Source: Macrostomum lignano (taxonomy: Eukaryota). From it: a stretch of DNA of 64,000 nucleotides. Made by a program: the position numbers and the translations under genes. The notes beneath the pieces were generated by a model. The model searched no databases, had not been told where the DNA came from, and worked only from the letters and a program-made list of their open reading frames with translations. The stretch covers positions 744,001-808,000 of the forward strand of contig NIVC01000151.1 in the NCBI GenBank assembly GCA_002269645.1, read 5' to 3'. This document shows, piece after piece, positions 22,281 through 34,461 of the stretch (positions within the stretch are counted from its first letter, which is position 1; each line of letters starts with the position of its first letter).

Positions 22281-24785
22281 GTCGTCCGAGTCGTCCAGAA
22301 CTGGCCGCCTCTGCCGAATCTGAGTCGCGGACGGCGCCATGCGGGCGCCTCGTGCACATCCGTTGCCGTTCACTGCGGGGGCGCGCGTCGAACCGGGCGT
22401 GGCCTTCCATCCGTTGGGAGCCGGCGAAGAGGTGGTGGCGGCGGGGGCCACGGTCGAACTGTCGCTGTCCGAAGACAGGTCCGTGGAGTCCAGCAGCGAC
22501 TGCAGGTGGCTGCCGCCCTGAAGTGCGCCGGGTGTTTGAGCTGTGAGCTCCGCAATACTTGGCAGAGCATCCGCAGCGGTAACTGCGTCAGACTCTTGCG
22601 CAAAGGCCCCTGGTTCAATTCCGTGCGCAGCTACATTTATGTGGGGCTGTCGTGTGTATGAGTGCATGCCTCTGTACAGTATTGGCGTGCCTGTATGTGC
22701 TCGGAATGCGCATGCGGAAGCGCAGAATGGCCTCACCGTAGCTCCGCGGTGCCCACAGCTGTTCTGCGAGTATTGATTTTATACTTATACTCGTGCCTGC
22801 TTGCCTGCCGTATCCATGTGTGAGGAGGTGCACAGGCCTCATTGGCACAGCAGTGACAGCACTCACCTGCACAAACTGGGCGAACCCGGCCGGGTCCCGC
22901 AGGCGCGCGCTGACCCGCCAGGCGTCGCAGTCGGGGCTGGCGCAGTGCCGCCGCAGCTGCTCCAGCGCCACCTCAGTGCACTCGCGGCCCTGCCTGCTGA
23001 AGTCTTCCTCGGTCAGCCAGCGCCGCCGGTGCAGCGGTCGCAACCAGCGGGGGCAGCAGCGCCAGAAGGCCGACTCTAGGCGCTGCCACAGCGCCCAGCG
23101 CAGGCGTAACATCGAGACCTTCGCGACGGCCGACACGGCGGATGTCAAGAAGCCGCGCAACAGGATTGCCACCGCTGCCACCCCCGATACCTGCCAGAAC
23201 TGAGGGCGGAGGGGAGCTGATAAGCGTCAGAACGGAAATCGAGCAGGTGGAAGGGGATCAGGCAGGTGGAAGGGGATCAGGCAGGTGGAAGGGGATCAGA
23301 CAGGTGGAAGGGGATCAGACAGGTGGAAGGGGATCAGGCAAGTGGAAGGGGATCAGGCAGGTGGAAGGGGATCAGACAGGTGGAAGGGGATCAGGCAGGT
23401 GGAAGGGGATCAGTAGTGGGAATCGGACAGAGGTCATACCTGACAGGAGGCCAGCATGCAGAGGAGCGCCAGGGCCCTCAGCGCGATCTCCAGCAGGCGG
23501 AAAGTCCGCTGGCTGGTGACGGGCCCCAGCCAGTAGCAGATGACCACGGAGAGGCCGGCAGAGCAGGCCAGGTAGGCAGACAGAGTCGTCCAGTGCCGCT
23601 CGGCGAGTTCGGCGGCGTGCGCGGCGGCGAAAGTCCAGATGGCGCCGGCGCCGGCAGCGCTGGCCAGGAAGAGCGGCCAAAAGAGGCGGCGCAGCGGCAG
23701 CAGGCGGTTGAGCAGCAGCACCAGGAGCGCCGCAGACAGCAGGACGCCGGCCATGGCGCCGCCAGCGTAGTGGAAGGTGGCCCGGCGGCTGAGTTCGGGC
23801 GCCCAGGCCAGCAGGCCGCAGCCGATGACGAATGCGGCAAGGCGGGCGAGGCTGAGGCCGGCGACGGCGCGCACAGTGTAGACGGCGGCGTCGCCTTCTG
23901 CTGCGGTGCCGGGTTGGGGAGATTGAGGAATATCCCCTGACTGGGATTAGTATCCCCGAATAGGGAATACGAGTAACATCTCTACGGGTAGTTCAGGCGT
24001 AAAATTCATATATTTGGTATAGATAATCCTCAAATTAGTGATTCATATCTACTGTTTATAGTCGTATAGATCGAAATCCCTAGATTGGGGATCAATATCC
24101 CTAGATTGGGGATCAGTATCCCTAGATTGGGGATCAGTATCCCTAGATTGGGGATCAGTATCCCTAGATTGGGGATCAGTATCCCTAGATTGGGGATCAA
24201 TTTCCCAGGTTCATCCCTGCAGCCAAGATCCCCAGCACCATGGGCGGCAGGCCCTGCTGCGGACGCACCGATGGCCCTCGGCGGCTCCTCCTTGCCTTCG
24301 ATCAGCACGCCGGCGCAGGACGGCTCCAGCAGCGGCAGCGGCAGCGCCAGCGGGCCGAGAAAAGCCCGCCGAGCGGCCATCAGCGGCTCCCAGAAAAATC
24401 CGTCACGGAAGGCGGCCGGCAGGAGCAGCCGGTGGAACAGCGAGGCCTCCGAGGCCTGCCGCACCCGGTCAGTAACATCGCTCTCGTTCGTCCCGAGGAA
24501 GAGGCGCGGCGCCGCCGAATTGGACGACGCCAGCGAGATGCGCAGCGAGGCGCCGTGGAAGGCGAAGCGCGGGTGGGCGGGCAGGCCGGGCGAGCAGAAC
24601 ACGCAGAGCCGCTGTGTCCAATCGCCAGCCAGCGAGACCGAGTCGCGCCTGATGGTGATTGGCTGGCTGCCAAGTTGGAAGATCAGCGGCCTATCGCGCT
24701 GAGCCGCCAGAGTGCCGTCGAGGCGATGAAAAAGCAGCAGCGACAGCAGCAGCAGCAGCAGCGGATTCGGGCACCGCCAATTCAT
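22263..24785 (-). CDS. NEMP1: Nuclear envelope integral membrane protein (NEMP/TMEM194 family), 4 exons, about 521 aa
   Basis: Exons 24785-24269, 23900-23440, 23199-22867, 22517-22263, phase-consistent. Signal peptide; FHYAGGAMAG; VICYWLGP; RRWLTEEDFSRQGRECTEVALEQLRRHCASPDCDAWRVSARLRDPAGFAQFVQGGSHL matches the NEMP BAF-binding C-terminal box. Confidence 0.92.
23240..23412. repeat. 19-bp minisatellite (ggcaggtggaaggggatca), NEMP intron 2
   Basis: Tandem copies. Confidence 0.9.
24075..24200. repeat. 21-bp minisatellite (atccctagattggggatcagt), NEMP intron 1
   Basis: About 6 copies. Confidence 0.9.
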
Positions 24786-24914
24786 GCTGGATGAACTTTT
24801 GTTGCTAGGGAATGCCAGAGGATTGCATGAACAATGGATAACAGAAAGGGAATATCTGCAGGGCTGCCGGCTAAAGCAGACTGATAAAACTCCCGTGTTA
24901 GCACCATTTTTCAG

Positions 24915-25530
24915 CAGGAATTGAGGGAATCACAAGGGGAATGCAGGAGATTCTTCAGGAGGAATTGGGGGAATCACAAGGGGAATGCAGGAGATTCTTC
25001 AAGAGGAATTGGGGGAATCACAAGGGGAATGCAGGAGATTCTTCAGGAGGAATTGGGGGAATCACAAGGGGAATCCAGGAGATTCTTCAGGAGGAATTGG
25101 GGGAATCACAAGGGGAATGCAGGAGATTCTTCAGGAGGAATTGGGGGAATCACAAGGGGAATCCAGGAGATTCTTCAAGAGGAATTGGGGGAAATCACAA
25201 GGGGAATCCAGGAGATTCTTCAAGAGGAATTGGGGGAAATCACAAGGGGAATCCAGGAGATTCTTCAAGAGAAATTGGGGGAATCACAAGGGGAATGCAG
25301 GAGATTCTTCAAGAGGAATTGGGGGAATCACAAGGGGAATGCAGGAGATTCTTCAGGAGGAATTGGGGGAATCACAAGGGGAATGCAGGAGATTCTTCAG
25401 GAGGAATTGGGGGAATCACAAGGGGAATGCAGGAGATTCTTCAAGAGGAATTGAGGGAATCACAAGGGGAATGCAGGAGATTCTTCAAGAGGAATTGAGG
25501 GAATCACAAGGGGAATGCAGGAGATTCTTC
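24915..25530. repeat. 44-bp minisatellite upstream of NEMP
   Basis: Unit ggggaatcacaaggggaatgcaggagattcttcaggaggaattg, about 14 copies. Confidence 0.95.
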
Positions 25531-25549
25531 AGATGGGTTTGGGGGAATC

Positions 25550-25900
25550 GAGTCATTTTGAGTCGTTTTATTGTCTGCGACTTTGAGCTGGGAGGCGCCG
25601 CAGGGGCCGAATCGACTCTGAGTCGAATCTGAGACGTGCCAGAGTCGCTGTAGAATTACTGAGTTGCGTCTAAAGCGCATTTCGCATTTATAACCACTCT
25701 ATTTAGTCTACTTGAGTGAGTATAAAGTTAAGCACTCAACACGAGGACTCTTGGACTATTTATAAGCTTCTACAAATCCGTTGCATTACAGCCCTCTTTG
25801 AGTTGTTAAAAAGTCACAAGAGTCGTACCAAAGTCGCTAGGGCCAGCAGTGAGTGATTTGCAATGACTATTTAGCGATTCTTGTCCCGGTAACGGTTTTA
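25550..25900. repeat. Dispersed repeat (second copy at about 48520-48800)
   Basis: Shared agacgtgc(c/t)agagtcgctgtaga...actgagttg and aaagttaagcac...acac blocks. Confidence 0.55.
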
Positions 25901-26260
25901 ACGGCTTCAGAGGGAATTGTGGGAGTCGCAGGGGGAATTCGGGACATTATTGAGGCGAATGGGAAAGAACCAGAAGTTGAATGATTCGCAAAATTATCTC
26001 AAAAAACAATCTGATTTCTTTGCACGATCGGGTAGTAGTCACCAACGTGAAGAAAGCAGAATCCTGGGTAAAAGCGATGAAGATAAGCTAAAGGGTTAAT
26101 GCTGATCCTGCTGTAGCAGCATAGCTAGCTGTAGCTGTAGGAGTGACAGCAGATAATTAAAAAAGACAAACATCGATACTCGATTGAAAGAACAGTGCGT
26201 ACTTTTATTCATTTATCATTTACGTTCAAAGCATGCAAAAATGCGAGTTTCCAGGCTCTG

Positions 26261-26917
26261 TCAGTCCACCCGGTCCGGCAGGATGACCACGAACTCCGCC
26301 TCCACGCTGACCTGCAGCCGGCTGTGGGTTCGAACCCGGACCACCCTGGCCAACACTCGATCGCCTGGCGCCAGCGTCGGGGTGGCGGGCGGCACGGCCA
26401 CGGTGACCTGGTAGACGCCGTGGCAGACGCAGGACAGCAGCTCGGGCAGCACGGCGGTGACTGTGCAGGCCAGGCTGAGGCCGGGCCGCGGCCGGAACAG
26501 GCGGCAGTGCAGGCGGAGGCGCACCGGGCACTGCACCAGGCTGGGGCCGCAGGCTACCAGCGGGGCGGCCAGGCGGCGCCGGCCGGCATCAGCGCTGGCC
26601 AGGAGGCGCAGCGAGTCTACGCTGTGCAGGATGCCGCCCAGGCTGGGCACGTGGCGGTGCAGGCGGCAGCGGAGCTGCTCGGCCACCAGGGCGCCGGCGT
26701 CGCCGCCCAGCTGCCAGGGATGCAGCGGGATCGTCAGCTCCCGGCGAACCCGCTCAAAGCATTCGCCGCCTTCGTCTTTTTCTTTTACGTCAGCTGGCGC
26801 AGCTGCCGGCGGCTTCTCCATCTCAGTTGCCAGGCTGCTGGGCCAGTCAGCCTCCTCGGTTGTGGAAGCGGCTGAGCGGCGCCGCTTGCGCTTTGGCTTA
26901 GCGGGAGATGGCGGCAT
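26261..26917 (-). CDS. POLR1F: RNA polymerase I subunit RPA43-like (Rpb7/RPC25/RPA43 family), single exon, 218 aa
   Basis: IPLHPWQLG...PSLGGILHSVDSL and LFRPRPGLSLACTVTAVLPELLSCVCHGVYQVTV align with the RPA43 core (IFCPEPGQKLMGIVNKVSSSHIGCLVHGCFNASI). Divergent copy. Confidence 0.7.
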   Translation of the reverse strand: MPPSPAKPKRKRRRSAASTTEEADWPSSLATEMEKPPAAAPADVKEKDEGGECFERVRRELTIPLHPWQLGGDAGALVAEQLRCRLHRHVPSLGGILHSVDSLRLLASADAGRRRLAAPLVACGPSLVQCPVRLRLHCRLFRPRPGLSLACTVTAVLPELLSCVCHGVYQVTVAVPPATPTLAPGDRVLARVVRVRTHSRLQVSVEAEFVVILPDRVD

Positions 26918-27377
26918 TGCAGCTGGTTAGCGATTGCGAGTGTCTGGGGAATTAATTCCCAGCTGCAGCTGGTTAGTGATTGCGAGTGTCTGGGGAATTA
27001 ATTCCCTGCTGCAGCTGGTTAGCGAGTGCGAGTGTCTGGGGAATTAATTCCCTGCTGCAGCTGGTTAGTGATTGCGAGTGTCTGGGGAATTAATTCCCTG
27101 CTGCAGCTGGTTAGCGATTGCGAGTGCCTGGGGAATTAATTCCCTGCTGCAGCTGGTTAGCAATTGCGAGTGTCTGGGGAATTAATTCCCTGCTGCAGCT
27201 GGTTAGCGAGTGCGAGTGTCCAGGGAATTAATTCCCTGCTGCAGCTGGTTAGCGAGTGCGAGTGTCCAGGGAATTAATTCCCTGCTGCAGCTGGTTAGCA
27301 ATTGCGAGTGTCCGGGGAATTAATTCCCTGCTGCAGCTGGTTAGCGATTGTGAGTGTCTGGGGAATTAATTCCCTGC
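26918..27377. repeat. 46-bp palindrome-containing tandem repeat directly abutting the RPA43 ATG, about 10 copies
   Basis: Unit gctggttagcgattgcgagtgtctggggaattaattccctgctgca, containing the perfect palindrome gggaattaattccc. Confidence 0.95.
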
Positions 27378-28071
27378 ATCAATGAAGATCAATAAGTGGG
27401 ATTATAAGCAAAGATTTGATTTTGACAGTATTTGAACCAAAATTAAAAAGTCCATATTACAGCATTTTTATATATTCATAATACATACTAAAGCCTAGAA
27501 TATTTCGCATAGCAATTAAAAAATAGGAAAAACAATAAAATTGAAATTGCTAATAAAAAACAAATGGATTAAAAATTTCAACTTATCTTTTTTAATGTAA
27601 GCTTCAACTATAATAACTAAAAACAATATAAATAAAAGTATAAAAAATAGGCCTAGCTAAAGATGAATAAAGAAATAAGATTTTTATAGTCATGCTTTAA
27701 AGATACTTTGAAAGTATCACAGTTTAATAAGAATATAAAATAACAAGAATATAGAATAATGTTTTTTTCATGACTTGGCAATAATTAAAAAATTGCAATG
27801 TCTATAAGGAATGTTAATTAAGGTTGTTCTATAATTTTTAGATAATAACTAGCAATCTACGCCCCCCGTTGGGGAGCCAAAGAAATGCAATACACGTTTT
27901 TTTAATAAGCTACATGTATCCTTGAAATCCTAAAAAATCTTCTGTCAAACCTTGCAAGCCTTGACATGTCAGTTATCCCCCCCCACAAGCTTTAACATAT
28001 CAACTTCCCCCCTTGACATCTCAGCAATGCCCCCAATAAGCCTTGGAAATCTAAAAATATCTGTCAACCTT

Positions 28072-28127
28072 CTAACCCTAACCCTAGCCTAACCCTAACC
28101 CTAACCCTAACCCTAACCTAACCCTAA
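28072..28127 (-). repeat. Interstitial telomeric repeat (TTAGGG)n, about 9 units, inside a degenerate about 480-bp duplicated unit (about 27900-28850)
   Basis: ctaaccctaaccctagcctaaccctaacc...; a decayed equivalent lies at about 28501-28546. Confidence 0.85.
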
Positions 28128-28999
28128 AGCATTGAAATTTCAGTAATTCTCTCTAAGAGTCATTATAGCACTACTACAGCATTATAGCGATTCCCTGCAA
28201 GCCTCAACATCGTAGGGATTCCCAAATGAATCTCTTAACTTCGACATGAAGCTTATTTTATTTTTTACATTACGCTTTTTTATCAGCGATCCCTCGCCTG
28301 AGGAGGCATCAAATAATGTAATAAAAAGTTTTCAATAAACTACATGTAGCTTCTGACTTTAGCCTTGAAATCTCATTTATACCCCCGTGAGCCTTGACAT
28401 CTCAGCTATTCCCCCCGTAAGCCTTGACATGTCAGCAATGGCCCCCATAAACCTTGAAATCTAAAAAATCCCCTGTTAACCTTGAAACCCGATAAAATAT
28501 AACCCTCAACCCACACCTGACCTAAACCTAACTTTAACCCAACCTAAAGCCTTGAAATCTCAGCAATTCTTCTCCCCTAAGCCTTGACATTTTAGTGATT
28601 CCTTCTTTAAGAATAACAGCACTATAACGATTTCCACCAAGCTTTGGCATCGTAGCAATTCCCAAATGAATCTTTCAACTTCGACATGACTTTTATTTTA
28701 TGTATACATAGTGCTACTTTTATTTTTTACATAACTCTTCTTCTATCAGCGCCCCCCCCCCCGTGACATGAACTTTGAAGTAGCTTCTGACTTTTGCTTT
28801 GACATCTCAGAAACCCCCCCGTAATCTCAGTTATTCTCTGAGAGCCTTTACGTCTCAATTTTTCTCCCCAGCACAGCATTATAATTGCATTTAATTTTTA
28901 CATGAACCCTTCATGTCTGACATGACGTTTTTTTATTCTACCGTGACGCTTCTTAATTTTTTAAATGACACTTTCATTAGTTTTTAAATGAGGCTTCTA

Positions 29000-30255
29000 T
29001 GATTTTTTCTTGACGCTTCTATGATTTTTACATGACGCTTCTATGATTTTTATATGACGCTTCTATGATTGTTTACATGACGCTTCTATGATTGTTTACA
29101 TGACGCTTCTATGATTGTTTACATGACGCTTCTACGATTTTTTACATGACACTTCTATGATTGTTTACATGACGCTTCTATGATTTTTTACATGGCGCTT
29201 CTATGATTGTTTACATGACGCTTCTATGATTGTTTACATGACGCTTCTATGATTGTTTACATGACGCTTCTACGATTTTTATATGACGCTTCTATGATTT
29301 TTTAAATGGCGCTTCAATGATTTTTTAATGACGCTTCTATGATTTTTTACATGACGCTTCTATGATTTTTTACATGACGCTTCTATGATTGTTTACATGA
29401 CGCTTCTATGATTGTTTACATGACGCTTCTATGATTGTTTACATGACGCTTCTATGATTGTTTACATGACGCTTCTATGATTGTTTACATGACGCTTCTA
29501 TGATTGTTTACATGACGCTTCTATGATTGTTTACATGACGCTTCTATGATTGTTTACATGACGCTTCTATAATTGTTTACATGACGCTTCTATGATTGTT
29601 TACATGACGCTTCTATGATTTTTTACATGACGCTTCTATGATTTTTTACATGACACTTCTATGATTGTTTACATGACGCTTCTATGATTTTTTACATGAC
29701 TCTTCTATGATTTTTTAAATGACGCTTCTATTATTTTTTAATGACGCTTCTATGATTGTTTAAATGACGCTTCTATGATTGTTTACATGACGCTTCTATG
29801 ATTGTTTACATGACGCTTTTATGATTGTTTACATGACGCTTCTATGATTGTTTACATGACGCTTCTATGATTTTTTACATGACGCTTCTATGATTGTTTA
29901 CATGACGCTTCTACGATTTTTATATGACGCTTCTATGATTTTTTAAATGACGCTTTTATGATTTTTTAAATGACGCTTCTATTATTTTTTAATGACGCTT
30001 CTATGATTGTTTAAATGACGCTTCTATGATTGTTTACATGACGCTTCTATGATTTTTTACATGACGCTTCTATGATTGTTTACATGACGCTTCTATGATT
30101 TTTTAAATGACGCTTCTATGATTTTTATATGACGCTTCTATGATTTTTTACATGACGCTTCTAAGATTGTTTACATGACGCTTCTACGATTTTTTAAATG
30201 ACGCATCTATGATTTTGTAAATGACGCTTCTATGATTTTTACATGACGCTTCTTT
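29000..30255. repeat. 23-bp minisatellite (tgacgcttctatgattgtttaca), about 54 copies
   Basis: Long AT-rich tandem array. Confidence 0.95.
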
Positions 30256-30769
30256 TTAAAAAGTCTTTTAGTTTTCCTGACGTTGAAAAGCTTAAATTAA
30301 AAAAATTATACTCTATGAAAATTCGAACCATCGTCGCTGCATTTAGCAGTTCAGTCTGTTTACCTCTAGGCTAGCTCTCATCGTTTTGATAACATCAAAA
30401 TTTGCACTTATATAATTCAACAGTTTAAAATCCAAGCATAGAGTAAATCACACGAAGCAGTTTGACATAATCAGTTTCTCAGTCAGTCAGTATCAGTTAA
30501 CAATATGGTTACGCAATTTAAATCAAGTCTGGTGCTACGCTTCCACACTGCATTTTCAATTCAAGTCGGAGTTACAATTCAGTTATGATGCAATCTATTT
30601 CAGAATCAGAATTCAACCAGTCAGTTTTTTGTCTAGCATTCTTACAATACATTTCAAGTCGAAAAGTTTGCTTGACCTTTGCAAAAAAGCATGTTTTTCG
30701 AATATTTAATGCCTTTAGCATCGAACAATTTCTTAGCCACGATGCATGTACAGTCACGGGAAAATTTCT

Positions 30770-30862
30770 GATCGAACAGTGCAAGTTCGAACAAAATCGG
30801 TCCAGCCATTTTTTCTCTAATCGATCACATAGACACAGACAGACCATTTTTAGTATATAGGA
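30770..30862 (+). mobile_element. DINE-1/Lep1-like Helitron/Helentron 3' end
   Basis: aaaatcggtccagccatttt...cacagacagac...tttagtatatagga is typical of these non-autonomous elements. Confidence 0.45.
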
Positions 30863-33340
30863 TAGCATTGGTGTTATTTTATTTGCAAGAAGACTTTTTT
30901 CTAACAATATATCGATAATTTTATACATAAATAATTTTAATCAATGATTTAGTACTGTACTTCTGTATATTTGACACTATCAAATATGTATGCTTTTCTT
31001 TGAATTTTTTATAGGCCTGCAATATTATACTAGGTTCTTTGGAATTTTACCTTTCTGGGTAAACTTGTCAAATTTTTATTTGTTTACCACAGTTTGTAAA
31101 ATGTGTAACTGATATGCAATATAATGAAGTGTATAGAAGTAAGAGATACAAACAAAGCAAAAACAATAAGGTTTTAATTTATATATGGATAAAAAGTTGA
31201 TTAAGTAATATTTTTTGCTAAACACATTTATTAAAATTTGATTGAAAAATCAATATTGATTAGGATTGGGATCCTGGAACAATTAATTGCAGTCCCCTAG
31301 CTAGTTGTTGAAATGGAAGATTATTGGTTTCATTGTTTTTAATTTTATTGTATCTCATATTTGAGTATGTTGTACATGGCAGCTTATTGGGTGCTGCAAT
31401 GCACTGCTGTCTCTTATCTAGTCAATCTAGCAAAAAGACATTCTAGCAATTGACGATCTGCCTATCTGGCAACAATAAAGGCAGGCATTGTTACAATTGA
31501 TAATTGACATGTCCTATGCCTAAAAACCAGCATTACAATAACATGGCTCAGCTCATTGTTTTTATTATTCTGTTTTATCTGTGCACTGAGATAGCTGTAC
31601 ATACCGTACTGTGTTGAGGAATTTACTAGTTGATGAATTTACCAATTGACAAATTTACTATACAGCTAGGCCAGTTGACAAAAAAGTTGACAAGTTTACT
31701 AGCACTCATTACTAATGCTTATACTGCATTCATAGATGGCTATCACTTTGCTTATCCTAGCCAATTTATTGTGTTAGGCATGCAATTTAGGCTTTATGCT
31801 CTGCAAAGGTCCTAGGCTCTAGAAGGTTAAGTGTAAATAAAAAATTCATAAATGAACTCTTTTAAAGTTGGCATATATATTTTGCCATTTTTATGATATA
31901 CAAGTAGCAGAGGCCTATAAGTTTTGCCATAGAAAAAATATATAAATTTAGGAATGCATAACATATAAATTTTTATATTTAAAAATATATTATTATGTAA
32001 TTGTTACAGGCCTTTTGGCTCCCTATAAGAATCTCAATCGCTGACACCAAAGTTGACGTAGGGCTTACTTCTGCCTCTATTAATAATATCCCACTATTGC
32101 CACCAAAGTTGTTGTAGGGGTGACTTCTGTCCCTTCAAATGATTTCACCGCTGTCACTAAAGTTGTTACAGGTGTGATCCTTTTTACTGTTCTTACTGTT
32201 TACTTACTGGTAGCGCATGTACTTTTTACTGGTAGCGTCTGTACTTCTATTGCACTTTCGTATGTACTTTTATTGGTAGCGTCTGTACTTCTATTGCACT
32301 TTTGTATGTACTTTTATTGGTAGCGTCTGTACTTCTATTGCACTTTCGGGCCTGAGCGGTCTTTTTAGGCACTGTCTATCCTATTCTTATATATTCCTCT
32401 AAAGATGTTATTCTCTCAGTCCTAGGCGTTCCCGGGATCAGAGGGTCACAGCGCACTTTGCTGGGTATTCTGCCCTTAGGCGGGTTTCTCAGACTCTAAG
32501 CCTGGATTTCTCTACCCTATGGTAGGATTTCTGCCTTTCTAAAGGCGGGTTACTAGACTTCTAAGTCTAGGATTTCTCATTCTCTGAGAACGGACTAAGT
32601 TTCTTCCAATTTGGGGATCCTAATGCTGCTAAATAACTAAGTCAATAAGTATCAAGCTTCAATTTTAGGATACTAGAACAGTTTAAGCTTTGAAGCCATG
32701 CAACGAGGCAAGTATCTCTCCTTCAGTTTCAGCTCGTGTATTTATACTCCCCTCTTAGTTCATTTTAAACAAATAACATTTCATAATATTCATAATATTT
32801 ACAATACTACTAATATTATATGCATTAAAACAAAAATAGTCTAATTTAAAACGTACTACTTTCTAAGAAACAAGCAATCGCTAAGATAAGGCCTACCTCA
32901 TAATACACTAATATGAATAATGAAAATATTGATATTTTTATGCAAAATTAAGACAAATTTAGTATTAAAGAAAGAGTCAATGATAAAAAATTACACAATT
33001 AAATCAACAACATTAAATAAAAAAAATATTAAAAAAATTTTATCACTGAAAACTATAGTTATTTGATAATTTTCTGGACTATAACTTTAGAATAAGATTT
33101 TTGCTCTAGTATACACTACTCTACTATCCAGAACCCTGACATAAGTCTAATGTACTGCAATACTCAGGAAAATTTGTGCCAGAAATAAAATTTTTTTTAG
33201 AAAAAAATTCATTATCATAAGGGATTTTTAGCTCTGATAGATTGTCTAGCCTAAAGGGAGAACAGTGTTAATGAGTGTAGTGCATACGTTTTTAAGGCAT
33301 TCACACACTATATACAAAATTACAACCAACCTATTATCAT

Positions 33341-33543
33341 CAGGTGCAGATCCAGAAAATTTTTGAGGAGGGGGCCAAGCTATACCAAGCACTACAACCC
33401 CATATTAGAAAATAGACCTGGGACCTGGCATAGTAGCAGGCCAAAAGATGACCAAATTTTTTGGCTGCAGCCTGCAGCTGACGGGGGCCATGATGGCCAT
33501 GGCCCCCTACCCCTTGGCTCTCCCTCTCTGGATCCATCCCTTG
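33341..33543. mobile_element. Degenerate hAT-like MITE
   Basis: caggtgcagatccaga ... tctggatccatcccttg imperfect TIRs; target-site duplication (TSD) unclear. Confidence 0.35.
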
Positions 33544-33824
33544 TTGTCAATTTGTCATTACCTACTAAATATTTTCTAGCAACATATAATTAGCTACTTG
33601 CAAGTGCAAGCAATGCAAAAGTTCTGGCCATATAACAAATTAAGTTGCCTAACTGTACCTATATTTTACTGCCAATTTTGTGTCCACTTCTCTATAATCC
33701 CCTAGTTTCCTGTAACTGTAGCCGTAATATAACAAAAATTAGGAATAGACATGGTAAGGAAAATGATGTAAAAAAACATGTAGATTCGTAACATGTACCA
33801 CATGTAAAAACTACCTTTCCATAA

Positions 33825-34461
33825 CCTGTACTATAACTTTCACCGACACATTTTCAGATAGATCTTCCGACACTTTTTACGACACTTAAAATGTTGCAAA
33901 AAGTGTCGTAACAGTTGACCTTCGCTGACACATATTTTCCGACACTTAAATTAATACTGCAAAAAAGTGTCTGAAAAAGTGTCGTATGGTTAAAATTCTG
34001 CCAACACATCTTCCAACACTTGAAATGTCACTTCTTAAAGCTAGGTGATGTACGTACATGTAGCTCCTACTATTCATGTAATGTATGTTTGTTAAGTACA
34101 CACTACGCAGCAGCCTGCAGTACATGACAGATTCATTTAAATTAATCTTCAGTCAGATAAATATAGTAGATCAAACCATTAAATGTAAGTTTGTGATTTG
34201 AGAAACATTTCCCTGTTTCCCTGTTTTAAAGATCCCTTCATGGAACAAGATACAAGAACTGTTTCTTCAACTGCTTCAAAATTTTGTTACAACACTTTTT
34301 CCGACATTTTAAGTGTCGTAAAGTGTCAGAAGATCTGTCTGAAGATGTGTCGGTGAAAGTTAACTGGTACGACATTTTTTCCAACACTTTTTCCAACATT
34401 TTAAGTGTCGAAAAAGTGTCGGAAGATCTGTCTGAAGATGTGTCGGCGAAAGTTATACAGG
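33825..34461. mobile_element. Foldback/MITE with about 70-bp imperfect TIRs and subterminal repeats
   Basis: cctgtactataactttcaccgacacattttcagatagatcttccgacac... is the reverse complement of ...gtgtcggaagatctgtctgaagatgtgtcggcgaaagttatacagg. Confidence 0.7.

Noticed and set aside
21515-22661. 280-376-aa repeat ORFs
   Set aside because: Products of the 33-bp array and antisense read-through of NEMP exon 4.
24921-25632. Three overlapping ORFs of 177-215 aa
   Set aside because: A 44-bp array read in rotating frames; no unique domain.
26918-27377. CRISPR-like palindromic repeat array
   Set aside because: Units are contiguous with no unique spacers, no cas genes are present, and the context is eukaryotic. 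The same applies to 49325-50440 and 60175-61005.
28072-28127. True chromosome end
   Set aside because: Only about 9 imperfect units, embedded in continuous sequence.
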